A DNA stretch of 63,994 nt, filler included, from Reclinomonas americana ATCC 50394 (GCA_048213135.1; 15 parts of 15 records of this genome joined end to end with filler, not necessarily neighbours in it), one strand, 5' to 3'; shown: positions 1-9,119, numbered from the whole stretch's first letter. A program made the numbers and translations. The notes: generated by a model from the sequence alone, not told the origin.

Positions 1-10
1 GCCAAGGCGG

Positions 11-222
11 ATGTACGGTACAGCAGAGGTGAAGCTGCTGCGCCCGCTCGATGGCCTGCCGATAGGCAGCGAGGCTGAGTATCCGCGCGACGACGCGCAG
101 CGCCTCGCGGACACTGGCGTCGTCTCGCTCTCGGGGGGAAAGCAGCACCGGCCGTCGAGAACAAGAAGGCGCCGGAGCCCGAGAACAAGGGCGACGTGCA
201 GCGCGCCAAGAAGGGCCGCTGA
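11..222 (+). CDS. Small phage head-region protein, apparently frameshifted at G6A3 (133-141); 5' end may lie before the window
   Basis: VKLLRPLDG...AQRLADTGVV in the frame of 11; the -1 frame after 142 gives AAPAVENKKAPEPENKGDVQRAKKGR-stop (TGA 220-222), a typical low-complexity tail of such proteins. Confidence 0.6.
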
Positions 223-223
223 C

Positions 224-562
224 ATGCCCGGCCAGATCCAGCGCACGCGCGGCCTGGCCGCCTATCGCCGGGCGGCGGACGCGGCCGGCAAGAAGCCGGC
301 GAATACCGTCCTGCCGGCCATCACCGGTACGCCGACGGTCGGCCAGACGCTGACTTGCTCGAACGGTACCTGGACCAAGTCGCCGACTTTCACGCGGCAG
401 TGGAACCGGGACGGCGTTCCGATTGCCGGCGCGACGGCCACGACCCGCGTGCTGACCGTCGATGACGAGGGGGCCGTCATGACCTGTACGGTCACCGCGA
501 CCAACGCCGGCGTCTCGACCTCGGCAACGTCCGCGCCGACTGCTGCTGTGGCCGCCGCCTGA
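224..562 (+). CDS. Ig-like domain virion protein
   Basis: PANTVLPAITGTPTVGQTLTCSNGTW...QWNRDG...DEGAVMTCTVTATNAG is a typical phage Ig-like beta-sandwich; ATG 1 nt after the upstream TGA. Confidence 0.75.
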   Translation: MPGQIQRTRGLAAYRRAADAAGKKPANTVLPAITGTPTVGQTLTCSNGTWTKSPTFTRQWNRDGVPIAGATATTRVLTVDDEGAVMTCTVTATNAGVSTSATSAPTAAVAAA

Positions 563-564
563 TC

Positions 565-1149
565 ATGCGCACTGTCGTCATCACCTCGCCGCCGCGCATT
601 GTCTCGCTTGACGATGCGAAAGCGCATCTGCGCGTGGATGACGATGCGGAGGATGCCCTGATCCAGGCGTTCAGCGATGCTGCCCAGGCACATATCGATG
701 GGCCTGACGGCTGGCTTGGTCGTTCGCTCGGCAAGCAGACGCTGGAGCTCCGGCGCTGCGGCTTCCCGACATGGATCGAGCTGCCGTTCGGCCCGGTGCG
801 CTCTGTTGCGAGCGTGAAGTATGTCGATCCGGAGGGTGTCGAGCAGACGCTCGACCCTTCTGCCTATGTCGTGCAGGGCGATATCATCGCCTGCGCGCAC
901 GGCTTCACCTGGCCGGGCGTGCGATCGGAGCGCGAGAATATTCGCATTCGCTATGATGCGGGCTATCCGGACACGGGCGGCGACACTCCCATGTCGACCG
1001 TGCCGGCGCCGGTCATCGCCGCGATCAAGCTGATGATTGGTGACCTCTTCGAGAACCGCGCAAGTGTCGCGCCCGGCGCCCGACCGAAGATCGACATGAG
1101 CGTGACGGTCGAGCGGCTGCTGATGCCGCTGAAGGTCTGGCGGGTCTGA
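565..1149 (+). CDS. Head-tail connector protein (HK97 gp6 / phiE125 gp8-like)
   Basis: VSLDDAKAHLRVDDDAEDALI...AAIKLMIGDLFENR...LLMPLKVW signature. Confidence 0.93.
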   Translation: MRTVVITSPPRIVSLDDAKAHLRVDDDAEDALIQAFSDAAQAHIDGPDGWLGRSLGKQTLELRRCGFPTWIELPFGPVRSVASVKYVDPEGVEQTLDPSAYVVQGDIIACAHGFTWPGVRSERENIRIRYDAGYPDTGGDTPMSTVPAPVIAAIKLMIGDLFENRASVAPGARPKIDMSVTVERLLMPLKVWRV

Positions 1150-1502
1150 TGCTGTCGGCGGGCCAGCGCAATCATCGCGTCCGCTTCGAGCGGCGCGTGC
1201 CAGGTGCCGATGACGGCTACGGCAATCCGTTGCCCGAAAGTTGGACCGCGCTGGCGACGGTCTGGGCTGGCTTTCGCCCCAAGTTCGGCCGTGAGCAGCT
1301 GGAGGCTGGCCGGCTGGAAAGCTCCATGCAGGGGACGCTGACGGTCCTCAGCTCGGCCGTCACGCGCGCGGTCGCCGCCGATAGCCGGGTCGTGTTCGTG
1401 TCGGGCCCGTACAAGGACAAGGCCTGTCAGATCCGGTCGATCGTGCCGACAGGCGATAGCGCAGAGATTGAGTTCACTCTGGAAGAGGGTGGGGCAACGT
1501 GA
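1149..1502 (+). CDS. Head closure / head-tail adaptor (SPP1 gp16-like)
   Basis: MLSAGQRNHRVRFER...DDGYGN...W...ATVWA motif; position after the connector. Confidence 0.9.
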   Translation: MLSAGQRNHRVRFERRVPGADDGYGNPLPESWTALATVWAGFRPKFGREQLEAGRLESSMQGTLTVLSSAVTRAVAADSRVVFVSGPYKDKACQIRSIVPTGDSAEIEFTLEEGGAT

Positions 1503-1816
1503 CGACTGTGGCCCTCACGGCAGATACGAGCCTATTCGACGCAGCCTTGTCCTCACTTGCGTCGTTTGCGGAGACCCGCCACGAACTTGCCGACGGACTT
1601 CTCGCCCTTTTTGACGAGCCGGATCAGCTTGTGAGCTTCGAAGCTTTGCCCGCAGTCGCAGGTGAAATCAGGGTTCTGCTTCAACCATCCGATCGTCTTC
1701 GTGACCTCGTCGCCGCACTTTGTGCAGGTGAGACTGACGCTTTTCTCGTCGAACATGGACTTCTCCCCGATCCCCGTCTGATCGGATCATGTGCCGCGCC
1801 AGGAGTCGAATCCTGA
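1499..1816 (+). CDS. Hypothetical protein, translationally coupled at both ends
   Basis: GTGA overlap with the upstream stop and TGATG overlap with the downstream start; fully contains an antisense ORF. Confidence 0.45.
   Translation: MTTVALTADTSLFDAALSSLASFAETRHELADGLLALFDEPDQLVSFEALPAVAGEIRVLLQPSDRLRDLVAALCAGETDAFLVEHGLLPDPRLIGSCAAPGVES
1553..1756 (-). CDS. Small zinc-ribbon moron protein
   Basis: CTKC...CDC, basic C-terminus, GGGGAG SD before ATG, opposite strand to the late operon. Confidence 0.7.
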   Translation of the reverse strand: MFDEKSVSLTCTKCGDEVTKTIGWLKQNPDFTCDCGQSFEAHKLIRLVKKGEKSVGKFVAGLRKRRK

Positions 1817-2112
1817 TGCCCCGCGTGACCTTCCTCCGCGATTTCGACTGCCCGTTTCCGGGCGGCTTCGTTGCCTACAAGCCCGGCGGGCCGAAGCTGA
1901 TCCCGACCGCTCACGCGAAGCTGGCGCGCGCTGCTGGAGTTCTTGCCGATGGCAAAGATGTCACGCCTTCAACGCCGGCTGGACAAGATCCCGATGGACG
2001 TGCGGGCGGCAGCGGCAACCGAGGCTCTGCTCGGGGCGCTCGGTCTCAGCGAGGCGATGAAGCAGGTCGTCCCGGTCCGGACCGGCAAGACCAAGAGCAC
2101 GATCCGGGTTGA
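1816..2112 (+). CDS. Hypothetical phage protein
   Basis: MPRVTFLRDFD...VAYKPG...ARAAGV; GGAG SD upstream; its 3' part overlaps the next gene. Confidence 0.65.
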   Translation: MPRVTFLRDFDCPFPGGFVAYKPGGPKLIPTAHAKLARAAGVLADGKDVTPSTPAGQDPDGRAGGSGNRGSARGARSQRGDEAGRPGPDRQDQEHDPG

Positions 2113-2323
2113 GCGCGGAAAGCGCGGTGACCGCTTCTACGTGAAGGCCGGCGGGCCCGCGACAACGGAGGGCGGCTTCGACACTGCAACAGCCTCGGAA
2201 TGGGGCACGCAGAAGGAAAAGGCCAAGCCCTGGTTCTATTCGACCTGGCGCCGGAACAAGAAACAGATCCGGGCGGGGCTGGAGCACGAGATCAAGAAGG
2301 CGGTTCGGAAAACCAATGGCTGA
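1949..2323 (+). CDS. HK97 gp10-family neck/tail-completion protein
   Basis: VPVRTGKTKSTI...EWGTQKEKAKPWFYSTW motif. Confidence 0.88.
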   Translation: MAKMSRLQRRLDKIPMDVRAAAATEALLGALGLSEAMKQVVPVRTGKTKSTIRVERGKRGDRFYVKAGGPATTEGGFDTATASEWGTQKEKAKPWFYSTWRRNKKQIRAGLEHEIKKAVRKTNG

Positions 2324-2714
2324 CCCGTCTCTGGCGCTGCAAGGCGCGATCAACACCCGTCTGCGGGCGCAGGTCACGGCGGTGGGCAGCCGCGTCTTCG
2401 ACCGCGTGCCGGCCGATGTCGCCTTCCCCTATATCGAGCTCGGCGAGTTCCAGACCGTCGACGACGGAGCGCAGTGCCATGACGGGCAGGAGGTCTATGC
2501 GACCTTGCATGTCTGGTCGCGCACCGTCGGCCAGGTCGAGACCAAGACGATCGCCGGAACGGTTCGCGGCTCGCTGCACGAGGCCGAGCTCGACCTCGGC
2601 GGAGACTGGCAGTTTCTCGAAATCGCGCATCAGGACACGCGATACCTGAAAGATCCTGATGGCCTGACCAGCCATGCCGTCCTTACGTTCCGCGCCCTGG
2701 TCGCCGCGGCCTGA
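2316..2714 (+). CDS. Tail terminator (DUF3168 family)
   Basis: SLALQGAI...RVFDRVP...FPYI...LHVWSR...DPDGLTSHAVLTF. Confidence 0.9.
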   Translation: MADPSLALQGAINTRLRAQVTAVGSRVFDRVPADVAFPYIELGEFQTVDDGAQCHDGQEVYATLHVWSRTVGQVETKTIAGTVRGSLHEAELDLGGDWQFLEIAHQDTRYLKDPDGLTSHAVLTFRALVAAA

Positions 2715-2752
2715 TTTCTTCCTCATCACCGGCTCATTCAACGGAGGCCATC

Positions 2753-3217
2753 ATGGCGCAGCCGACCGTCTTTTCGTTCGGAAAGGGACTCGTCTATCTC
2801 GGCGATGCGGCCAGTCCTGACGAGGTGTTCACCAAGCTCTGCGGCTTCAACTCGATCTCGCTCCAGATCGAGAAGGACACCAACGACGTCACGATCCCCG
2901 ACTGCGACGATCCGGATGCGGCTGCCTGGCGCGCGACCGACGTGCTGGCGCTCGGCTGGACGGCGGAGTTCGAGGGCATCCTCGCTAAGGAAGCCGAGCC
3001 GCTGCTCTGGGCTGCGGTGAATGGCAGCGAGGCCCGCAACATCCGCATCCGTATCATCGGAGGCGGGTCTGGCGGCGCGACGCCGGACCTGCAGTTCGCC
3101 GGCAAGGCGCACATTGCCGAGACAATCAGCGGCACGCGCGGCGAGAAGTACCAGGTTAGCGTCACCGCGACGGGCGACGGCGCCCTTGCCCGCGCCAGCG
3201 TGGCGGCGCTGTCGTGA
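2753..3217 (+). CDS. Major tail tube protein
   Basis: Position; CGFNSISL...TIPDCDDPDAAAW motif of alphaproteobacterial phage tube proteins; GGAGG SD. Confidence 0.9.
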   Translation: MAQPTVFSFGKGLVYLGDAASPDEVFTKLCGFNSISLQIEKDTNDVTIPDCDDPDAAAWRATDVLALGWTAEFEGILAKEAEPLLWAAVNGSEARNIRIRIIGGGSGGATPDLQFAGKAHIAETISGTRGEKYQVSVTATGDGALARASVAALS

Positions 3218-3621
3218 GCATCTGCGCGATCGACTTCGATTGGGCGGACGGCCACTACACCTTCGCCCTGCCGATCGCGCAGCTCGAGGAGCTGCAGCGC
3301 ATCTGCGATGCTGGCCCGATGGTCATTGCCGAGCGGTTGCGGCATGGCGTCTGGAAGACTGCCGATGTCCATGACACGCTGCGTCTCGGCCTGATTGGCG
3401 GCGGCATGAAGCCGATCGAGGCCCTGCAGCTCTGCCGGACCTATGTTCTCGCGCAGCCCTGGGCGGAGAACGTCCTGCCCGCCCTGGCGGTGATCAATGC
3501 TGCGCTGTTCGGCAAGCAGGACGAGCCGGTGGGAAAATCGCCGGCGGACGGGGAGGAGAGCGACCCGCCCGCCCGAACGGAAAGCTCGACTTCCGAGACT
3601 TCTACGGCCTCGGATGCATAA
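3214..3621 (+). CDS. Tail assembly chaperone gpG (GTA-gp10-like)
   Basis: FDWADGHYTFALPIAQLEELQ...TLRLGLIGGGM; lies between tube and tape measure. Confidence 0.88.
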   Translation: MSICAIDFDWADGHYTFALPIAQLEELQRICDAGPMVIAERLRHGVWKTADVHDTLRLGLIGGGMKPIEALQLCRTYVLAQPWAENVLPALAVINAALFGKQDEPVGKSPADGEESDPPARTESSTSETSTASDA

Positions 3622-3794
3622 TGGGCTTTTCGCCGCAGCAGGTCGGCGCCATGTCAGTCTGGCAGTTCATGGCCTGCGCCGACGGCTTCGCGCGGGCGAA
3701 TTCAGCCGAGGCCGCCAAGCGGTCGAACGACGAACCGGGCGATCTTGACGATCTGCGGGCGCTGGTCGACGCGGCGCCGACGTATTTGCATTAG
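3531..3794 (+). CDS. gpGT extension reached by programmed -1 frameshift at G GGA AAA (3531-3537)
   Basis: In-phase X XXY YYZ heptamer; the -1 frame is open to TAG 3792-3794 and encodes ...FYGLGCIMGFSPQQVGAMSVWQFMACADGF..., typical of gpT; not in the ORF track. Confidence 0.85.
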   Translation, partial: GKIAGGRGGERPARPNGKLDFRDFYGLGCIMGFSPQQVGAMSVWQFMACADGFARANSAEAAKRSNDEPGDLDDLRALVDAAPTYLH

Positions 3795-4060
3795 GCGAAC
3801 TTGTGCCCGCAGAACCGACAGACCTTCGCGGCTGGCTTAACTTCCTCAGCACATTGCGGACAGACCTTGGAGCGGCCGGCTTCGACCTCTCGCCTAGTTC
3901 TCTGCTCGCCTAGCGGGGCCATTACGAGCACCAGAAGGAAGGCGAGCAAAGGCGAGATAATTATCGAGATAAAGAACCACGATATTGCGCCCCTTCCACG
4001 TGACCCGGCGAATATTCCAACGAGCAGAGCGAAGAAGAACCATGTGAAGACAAGTTCCAT
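3791..4060 (-). CDS. Membrane protein with C-terminal zinc ribbon (moron)
   Basis: Two hydrophobic helices, then CPQCAE...CRFCG; lower GC; opposite strand. Confidence 0.85.
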   Translation of the reverse strand: MELVFTWFFFALLVGIFAGSRGRGAISWFFISIIISPLLAFLLVLVMAPLGEQRTRREVEAGRSKVCPQCAEEVKPAAKVCRFCGHKFA

Positions 4061-4094
4061 GGGGGCTCAGCCTCTTATCGGCAGCGGGCAGGCG

Positions 4095-4484
4095 TTAGAT
4101 AATTACGCCGTATCCTTGGCAAAATTGACGGGTGACGTTTCGCTTAATCTCATCGCCGCCGACGTCAATTGTCAGGAAGGTCGTGATGCCCGATTGCTCG
4201 AAGAGCGTACCAATGAACGGTTGCTCGCCAGTGTACCCGCCGAAGGAATTCTTAGCATTCACATAGCCGCAAACATAGGTTGTGCCGTCGTTCCCGCGCG
4301 ATCCAGACATGGATCCGAAGCGGGCACTCTCGGGGTCCTTGAGAGACTTGGGCAGGTCTCTCTTCACCGCGGCCACTTGCTTCTCAGATAGAGAAAATGG
4401 CGTCCCGCCTACTTTAGGCGCAGATGCGGTGGTGCAGCCAGCAACCAGAAGCAGCGGCAGCAAGCTCGAAAAGCGCGATTTCAC
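4095..4484 (-). CDS. Lipoprotein moron (possible superinfection exclusion)
   Basis: GTG start after GGAGG; lipobox LLVAG-C; LKDPESARF...VCGYVNAKNSFGGYTG motif. Confidence 0.85.
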   Translation of the reverse strand: MKSRFSSLLPLLLVAGCTTASAPKVGGTPFSLSEKQVAAVKRDLPKSLKDPESARFGSMSGSRGNDGTTYVCGYVNAKNSFGGYTGEQPFIGTLFEQSGITTFLTIDVGGDEIKRNVTRQFCQGYGVII

Positions 4485-4555
4485 GTCGAATCCTCCCATG
4501 GCCTCGCAAATCTGCGAGATGGAGGCGCCGATTTCAATAGTCTGGGGATCAGTAA

Positions 4556-6457
4556 ATGGCCGCTCAAGACTTGGTCATCAGTGTCGGCGCGAACATCCAG
4601 CAGCTTGAGCGGCAGATGAAGGCTGCCGCCAAGGTCGCGGAGCAGCGCGCCGACGAGATCGAGGGGCAATTCAGGAAGCGGAACCTGACCTTAGGCGGCG
4701 ACTTCGGCCTCGGCGTCCTCAAGGGTGCCATCGCCGGGTTCTCTGTCGAGCGGGTCGTGAGGGGATTCATCGACGCGAACAAGGAGATTGCTGCCTTCGG
4801 GGATACCGCGAAGCGCGTCGGCTTGGAACTCCAGCGCTTCCAGGCGCTGCGGATTGCGGCGCAGGGAGAAGGTATCGAGGGTAAGGAGTTTGACAAGGGA
4901 GTCGACGCGCTAGCGAAGGCGTTGAACGAAGCCCGCCGCGAGGAAAACGAGCTCACGAAATTCCTCGACGCCAACAACATCAAGTACAAGGATCGCAAGG
5001 GCGAGATCATCTCGACAAACGAAGCCCTGTCCGTGGCGGCAGACCTTATTAGCCGGGCCGCGACTGAGCAGGATAAGATCGAAATCGCGAAGCGCTTTAG
5101 CCTGCCGGCCGATTTCGTTCCGCTGCTGGAGAACGGCTCCGCCGCGCTATCTGATCTTGCGCGGAAGGCGGCCGAGGCGGGTGGCATCCTCGATGCGGAC
5201 GTGATCCAGAAGGCCAAGGAGTTCGACAGCGCATGGGCTCAGGGCTGGGCGAGCTTCGAGGCCAACGCAAAGAGTACGATCGTCCGTGTGGGCCAGTGGC
5301 TCGGTTCCTTGAGCAACATCGCGCAGGACATCGGTAATTCTGATTTCGCCAATCGCCTTAACAATGCGATGCGGCAGGCATTCCCGGACTCGTATAAGGA
5401 TTATGACCGCCAGCAGCTATCCCGATTTCGCCAGACCGAGATCGCGAGCCAGAATGAGGGCAGCCCTCTTGAACTGACGGTAAAGAAGGCCGCGACCCGG
5501 TTCCCGTCCAAGAGTTCCGGTGGCGGCGGCTCAGGTGGCGGCAAGTCCGAGGAGGAACAGGCTCAGGATCGGCTCGACCGATACATCGAAAGCTTGATCC
5601 GCCAGCGTGCTGTCTTGGAGGCTGAAGCCGCGACTTTTGGCAAGAGCAACGCCGAGCGAAAGGCTGCTGTAGAGTTGGCGAAGGCGGGCGTTGATCTCGA
5701 CAAGCTGGGAGCCCAGGCGAAAGAAGAATACATCGCCAAAATCACGAAGGAAGTGACGGCGAAGGAAGCTGTTCAGACTGCGAATGACAAACTGAAACAG
5801 CAGCAGAAGGACCTCAACGAGACCACAAAATACTTCGGCTCGGCCGCGGTCGATGCGCTGGAAGATCTGATCGTCAACGGCGCTCGCGCCGAGGACGTCA
5901 TGAAGCGCCTGGTCGCCTCCCTGGCGAAGGCTGCGTTGCAGGCAGCGCTGCTAGGAGAAGGCCCGCTCGCCGGCCTGTTCGGCACGAAAGGCGCCAGCGG
6001 TAGTGTCGGCGGTCTGTTCGGCTTGCTCTTCGGCAGCGGCGTCAAAACTGCTGCCTCTGGCGGCTATATCTCCGGCCCGGGCACCGGCCGCAGCGACAGC
6101 ATTCCGGCGCGCCTGTCGAACGGCGAGTACGTCATCAACGCCCGCGCCACCAAGCAGAACCGGGCGCTGCTGGACGCGATCAATTCCGGAAAGCTGCCGG
6201 CTTTTGCCGATGGCGGCCTCGTCGGGCGCGTGCCGTCGATCCCAGCGGTTTCCCGCACCCAAGGCGGCATGCAGGTGGTCGTCAACAACACTGTGTCGGA
6301 TCAAGTGCAGGCAACGCCGCAGCAGGGCAGCGACGGCTCGATGCAGATCATCATCGAGGCGATCAAGGGCGACATCGCCAACGACCTGCTGACCGGCCGC
6401 GGGGCGATCTCGCAGGCCTGGGGCGCCCGGCAGACCAGCCGCCAGCTCAGGGGCTGA
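4556..6457 (+). CDS. Tail tape measure protein
   Basis: 633 aa, Ala/Glu/Lys helical; C-terminal ASGGYISGPGTGRSDSIPARLSNGEYV motif. Confidence 0.95.
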   Translation: MAAQDLVISVGANIQQLERQMKAAAKVAEQRADEIEGQFRKRNLTLGGDFGLGVLKGAIAGFSVERVVRGFIDANKEIAAFGDTAKRVGLELQRFQALRIAAQGEGIEGKEFDKGVDALAKALNEARREENELTKFLDANNIKYKDRKGEIISTNEALSVAADLISRAATEQDKIEIAKRFSLPADFVPLLENGSAALSDLARKAAEAGGILDADVIQKAKEFDSAWAQGWASFEANAKSTIVRVGQWLGSLSNIAQDIGNSDFANRLNNAMRQAFPDSYKDYDRQQLSRFRQTEIASQNEGSPLELTVKKAATRFPSKSSGGGGSGGGKSEEEQAQDRLDRYIESLIRQRAVLEAEAATFGKSNAERKAAVELAKAGVDLDKLGAQAKEEYIAKITKEVTAKEAVQTANDKLKQQQKDLNETTKYFGSAAVDALEDLIVNGARAEDVMKRLVASLAKAALQAALLGEGPLAGLFGTKGASGSVGGLFGLLFGSGVKTAASGGYISGPGTGRSDSIPARLSNGEYVINARATKQNRALLDAINSGKLPAFADGGLVGRVPSIPAVSRTQGGMQVVVNNTVSDQVQATPQQGSDGSMQIIIEAIKGDIANDLLTGRGAISQAWGARQTSRQLRG

Positions 6458-6460
6458 TCC

Positions 6461-6835
6461 ATGACCGCAGTCTGGCCCTCTCAGGTGCCCTATCGGGCGC
6501 CGGTCAACGGCATCACGCCCTCGCAGAGCTATACCGGCCCGGTCGAGAGCCAGACCGAGGGTGGGCCGCCGATCACGCGCCCTCGGCCGGGGCCGCGCGC
6601 GGCCGAGTATCCCTGGCGCAGTCCGCTGCTGTCGCTGGCGCAGTGGGAAGCCTTCGAGCAGTTCGCCCGCTCAACGCTGCGCCAGGGCACGTTGCCGTTC
6701 CGCATGCCGGTCTGGAAACCGAACGGCTGCTATGTCGACCGGCTCTGCCAGATCAAGGGCGGCGCCTGGTCGACCGACTTCTCGGTCGCCAGCCGCGTCG
6801 TCGTCACCTTCACCCTGATCGTCTGGAACTGGTGA
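6461..6835 (+). CDS. Distal tail / minor tail protein
   Basis: Position after the tape measure; WP...EGGPP..RP...FEQF...GTLPF pattern. Confidence 0.75.
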   Translation: MTAVWPSQVPYRAPVNGITPSQSYTGPVESQTEGGPPITRPRPGPRAAEYPWRSPLLSLAQWEAFEQFARSTLRQGTLPFRMPVWKPNGCYVDRLCQIKGGAWSTDFSVASRVVVTFTLIVWNW

Positions 6836-6838
6836 GCC

Positions 6839-7351
6839 ATGGTTCTGTCAGTCGCTCTCGTCGAGGCCTATGCGGCGGTCGATGTCTCCGGAGACATCCT
6901 GCATACCCTCGAATTCAACCACCCGACTTTCGATGTGCCGCAGCGCTTCGTTCAGGGCACGCGGATTCCGGGCGAATACGAGACCGTGGCGCTGCCGGTG
7001 CCGGGCAACCCGGCGGCCCTGTTCAAGGTCGTGGATTTCGGCTTCACCCTGCCGAGCCAGGAAGAGGGCGGCGTCTCCCGCGCCAAGATCCGGATCGACA
7101 ATGTCTCTGGTGAATTGCAGGAGGTGCTGCGCGGGGCGATCTCGTCGGACTATCCGTTCACGCTGATCTACCGCACCTATTCGACCAACGACCTCAACAA
7201 TCCCGAAGTCTATTTCGGACTGAACCTGCGCAAGGTCGCGCTCAACGCCTATTCGGCCGAAGGCGAGCTTTCCTATGAGGAGGTCGAGATGCAGGCCTTC
7301 CCGCGCCTGACCTATGACCTCGATCTCTATCCCGCGCTCTATGGCCAGTGA
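6839..7351 (+). CDS. Tail tip protein (DUF1833-like)
   Basis: ALVEAYA...LHTLEFNHP...FTLP...IRIDNVS...FPRLTY. Confidence 0.8.
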   Translation: MVLSVALVEAYAAVDVSGDILHTLEFNHPTFDVPQRFVQGTRIPGEYETVALPVPGNPAALFKVVDFGFTLPSQEEGGVSRAKIRIDNVSGELQEVLRGAISSDYPFTLIYRTYSTNDLNNPEVYFGLNLRKVALNAYSAEGELSYEEVEMQAFPRLTYDLDLYPALYGQ

Positions 7352-7418
7352 CGCCGCCGCCTTCGTCAACGACCTGATCGGCTGCGCCTATGAGGCTGTC
7401 GGGCTGCATTGCTGGGAG
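7341..7418 (+). CDS. NlpC/P60-type tail protein, 5' fragment (truncated by contig end)
   Basis: MASDAAAFVNDLIGCAYEAVGLHCWE matches the 'IG.PY......CW' start of tail NlpC/P60 proteins. Confidence 0.7.
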
Positions 7419-7518
7419 NNNNNNNNNNNNNNNNNNNNNNNNNNNNNNNNNNNNNNNNNNNNTTAATTAATTAANNNNNNNNNNNNNNNNNNNNNNNNNN
7501 NNNNNNNNNNNNNNNNNN
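7419..7518. other. Artificial contig linker (N44-TTAATTAATTAA-N44); 14 such linkers split the window into 15 contigs
   Basis: Identical 100-nt N/stop-in-six-frames spacer also at 9120, 19541, 25118, 27049, 28878, 31688, 37468, 40185, 44929, 47804, 58509, 61322 and 62527. Confidence 0.99.
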
Positions 7519-7519
7519 T

Positions 7520-8860
7520 TCCGCCAGCATCGACACCTGGTATTTCACCAAGGCATTCGAGGTAGCCGGCATCCTGAATCGGGATGGTCTGCTGCTTGAG
7601 ATCGACAGCGAGGTCGAGCTGCCGCCTTCGCCCTATGCCGTGCTGCGCGCCCGGGATGGCAAGGAGTGGGGACCGGTCGCGGTAACGCGCGACGGCAGCC
7701 GGCTCGCGCTCAACGCGGTCGACATCGCCCAGGCCGAACTGCTCTCCGGCATCACGCTGGCGAATGTCATGGCGACGGCGTCTCAGGCTGCGACCACGAT
7801 CGTCATCGGCACGCTCAGCGAGGTGCAGGATGCCTGGCTGATCCGCTCGATCCGCTTCAATGGCGAAAGCCGCGTCGATGTCGAGGCGGTGTTCGACGCT
7901 CCCGAGGTCTGGAGCGCGCTGGGCGAGTCGATCACGCCGCCGCCACCTCCGCCGTCGTCCGGGCTTGAGACGCCCGACAGCCTCATCATCCCTTATGTCC
8001 GCGCCACTGCCGTGCAGAAGAACGGCGCGATGTTCATGGACTTCACCTGCGGGCGGGTCCGCCAGGCGGCGGCCTATGTCGTGCTGATCAGCTACGACAA
8101 CTGGGTGACCTCCGAGACGGCGCATTACGGCGAAGCGTCGAACGGTTCCTATGCGCTGCGCGAGTTCACAGGCATCGTCTATGTGCGGGCCTATTGCATC
8201 TCCCAGGCTGGCACGCGCAGCACGATCGTCTCAACCCAGTTCTCGGTTAAGCCCGCGGTTCTCAACCTTGAGAATGCCATCAACGGCTCGCTGCGGCTGG
8301 AGGCCTTCACCGACGGAATCGAGCCGGTCGGGCTCACCGACGGGCTGCCAGATCCCGCCGGCTACACCGGGCCGAAGTTCATCGCCAACCTGGAGACCAC
8401 GGAAGAGGGCGAGCAGCTCGTGCTCTACACCTTGACCGAGGATGGCTGGAAGAAGGCGATCAACACCGAGGATCTCGTCGGCGAGATCAGCGAGACGCAG
8501 ATCAGCGACGATGCCATCTCGACGCCGAAGCTGAAGGCGAACTCGGTCTCCACGACCAAGCTCGCGGCGCTCGCCGTCACCGCCGACAAGCTCGCCGCCA
8601 ATTCGGTGATCGCAGCCAAGATCCAGGCCGGCGCCGTCTCTGCCGACAAGATCAACGTCACCAAGCTCGACGCGATTAGCGCCGATCTCGGCTCGATCCT
8701 GGCGGGGTCGCTCAACATCAACAACCGCTTCATCGTTGCGGCCAACGGCGAACTGACTATCCAGTCCTCGTCCAGCTTTCCGCGGACGGTTCAAACCAGT
8801 TCTGGCGCCGCCGTCTATGACGCTTCGGGCGTGATGCGTGTCCGTTGGGGCATCTGGTAA
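7520..8860 (+). CDS. Central tail fibre / host-specificity protein (gpJ-like), 3' part
   Basis: Open from the contig start; ITADKLAANS-type repeats and terminal VYDASGVMRVRWGIW. Confidence 0.88.
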   Translation, partial: SASIDTWYFTKAFEVAGILNRDGLLLEIDSEVELPPSPYAVLRARDGKEWGPVAVTRDGSRLALNAVDIAQAELLSGITLANVMATASQAATTIVIGTLSEVQDAWLIRSIRFNGESRVDVEAVFDAPEVWSALGESITPPPPPPSSGLETPDSLIIPYVRATAVQKNGAMFMDFTCGRVRQAAAYVVLISYDNWVTSETAHYGEASNGSYALREFTGIVYVRAYCISQAGTRSTIVSTQFSVKPAVLNLENAINGSLRLEAFTDGIEPVGLTDGLPDPAGYTGPKFIANLETTEEGEQLVLYTLTEDGWKKAINTEDLVGEISETQISDDAISTPKLKANSVSTTKLAALAVTADKLAANSVIAAKIQAGAVSADKINVTKLDAISADLGSILAGSLNINNRFIVAANGELTIQSSSSFPRTVQTSSGAAVYDASGVMRVRWGIW

Positions 8861-9119
8861 TGGCCTACGGTCTTCAGGTCTTCGACGCCTTTGGCAACCT
8901 CAAGCTCGATCTCACCGACCGGATCGCCCGCTATCTCGGCATGGTGTTCATCGATCTCGGCGTCTCAGGTACCGTCGTCAACGACGGCTTTCTAACTGGC
9001 ACGCCGTTCTGCACGGCTCACATGGTCAGCGCCGGCGGATCGAGCTGGCCCGGTAACAATCTGCGACCGCCGGACATCAGCTTTTCGGGCAACGTCATGT
9101 CCTACGGGCCGGCGAATGC
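8860..9119 (+). CDS. Tail tip accessory protein (truncated)
   Basis: MAYGLQVFDAFGNLKLDLTDR is typical of small genes following gpJ; TAATG overlap. Confidence 0.75.

Noticed and set aside
11..562. Single 183-aa protein as given in the ORF track
   Set aside because: The middle segment (QHRPSRTRRRR) looks off-frame; more likely two genes, with frameshift fusion kept only as a hypothesis
7463..7474. TTAATTAATTAA motif and ORFs ending in LIN
   Set aside because: Synthetic stop linker
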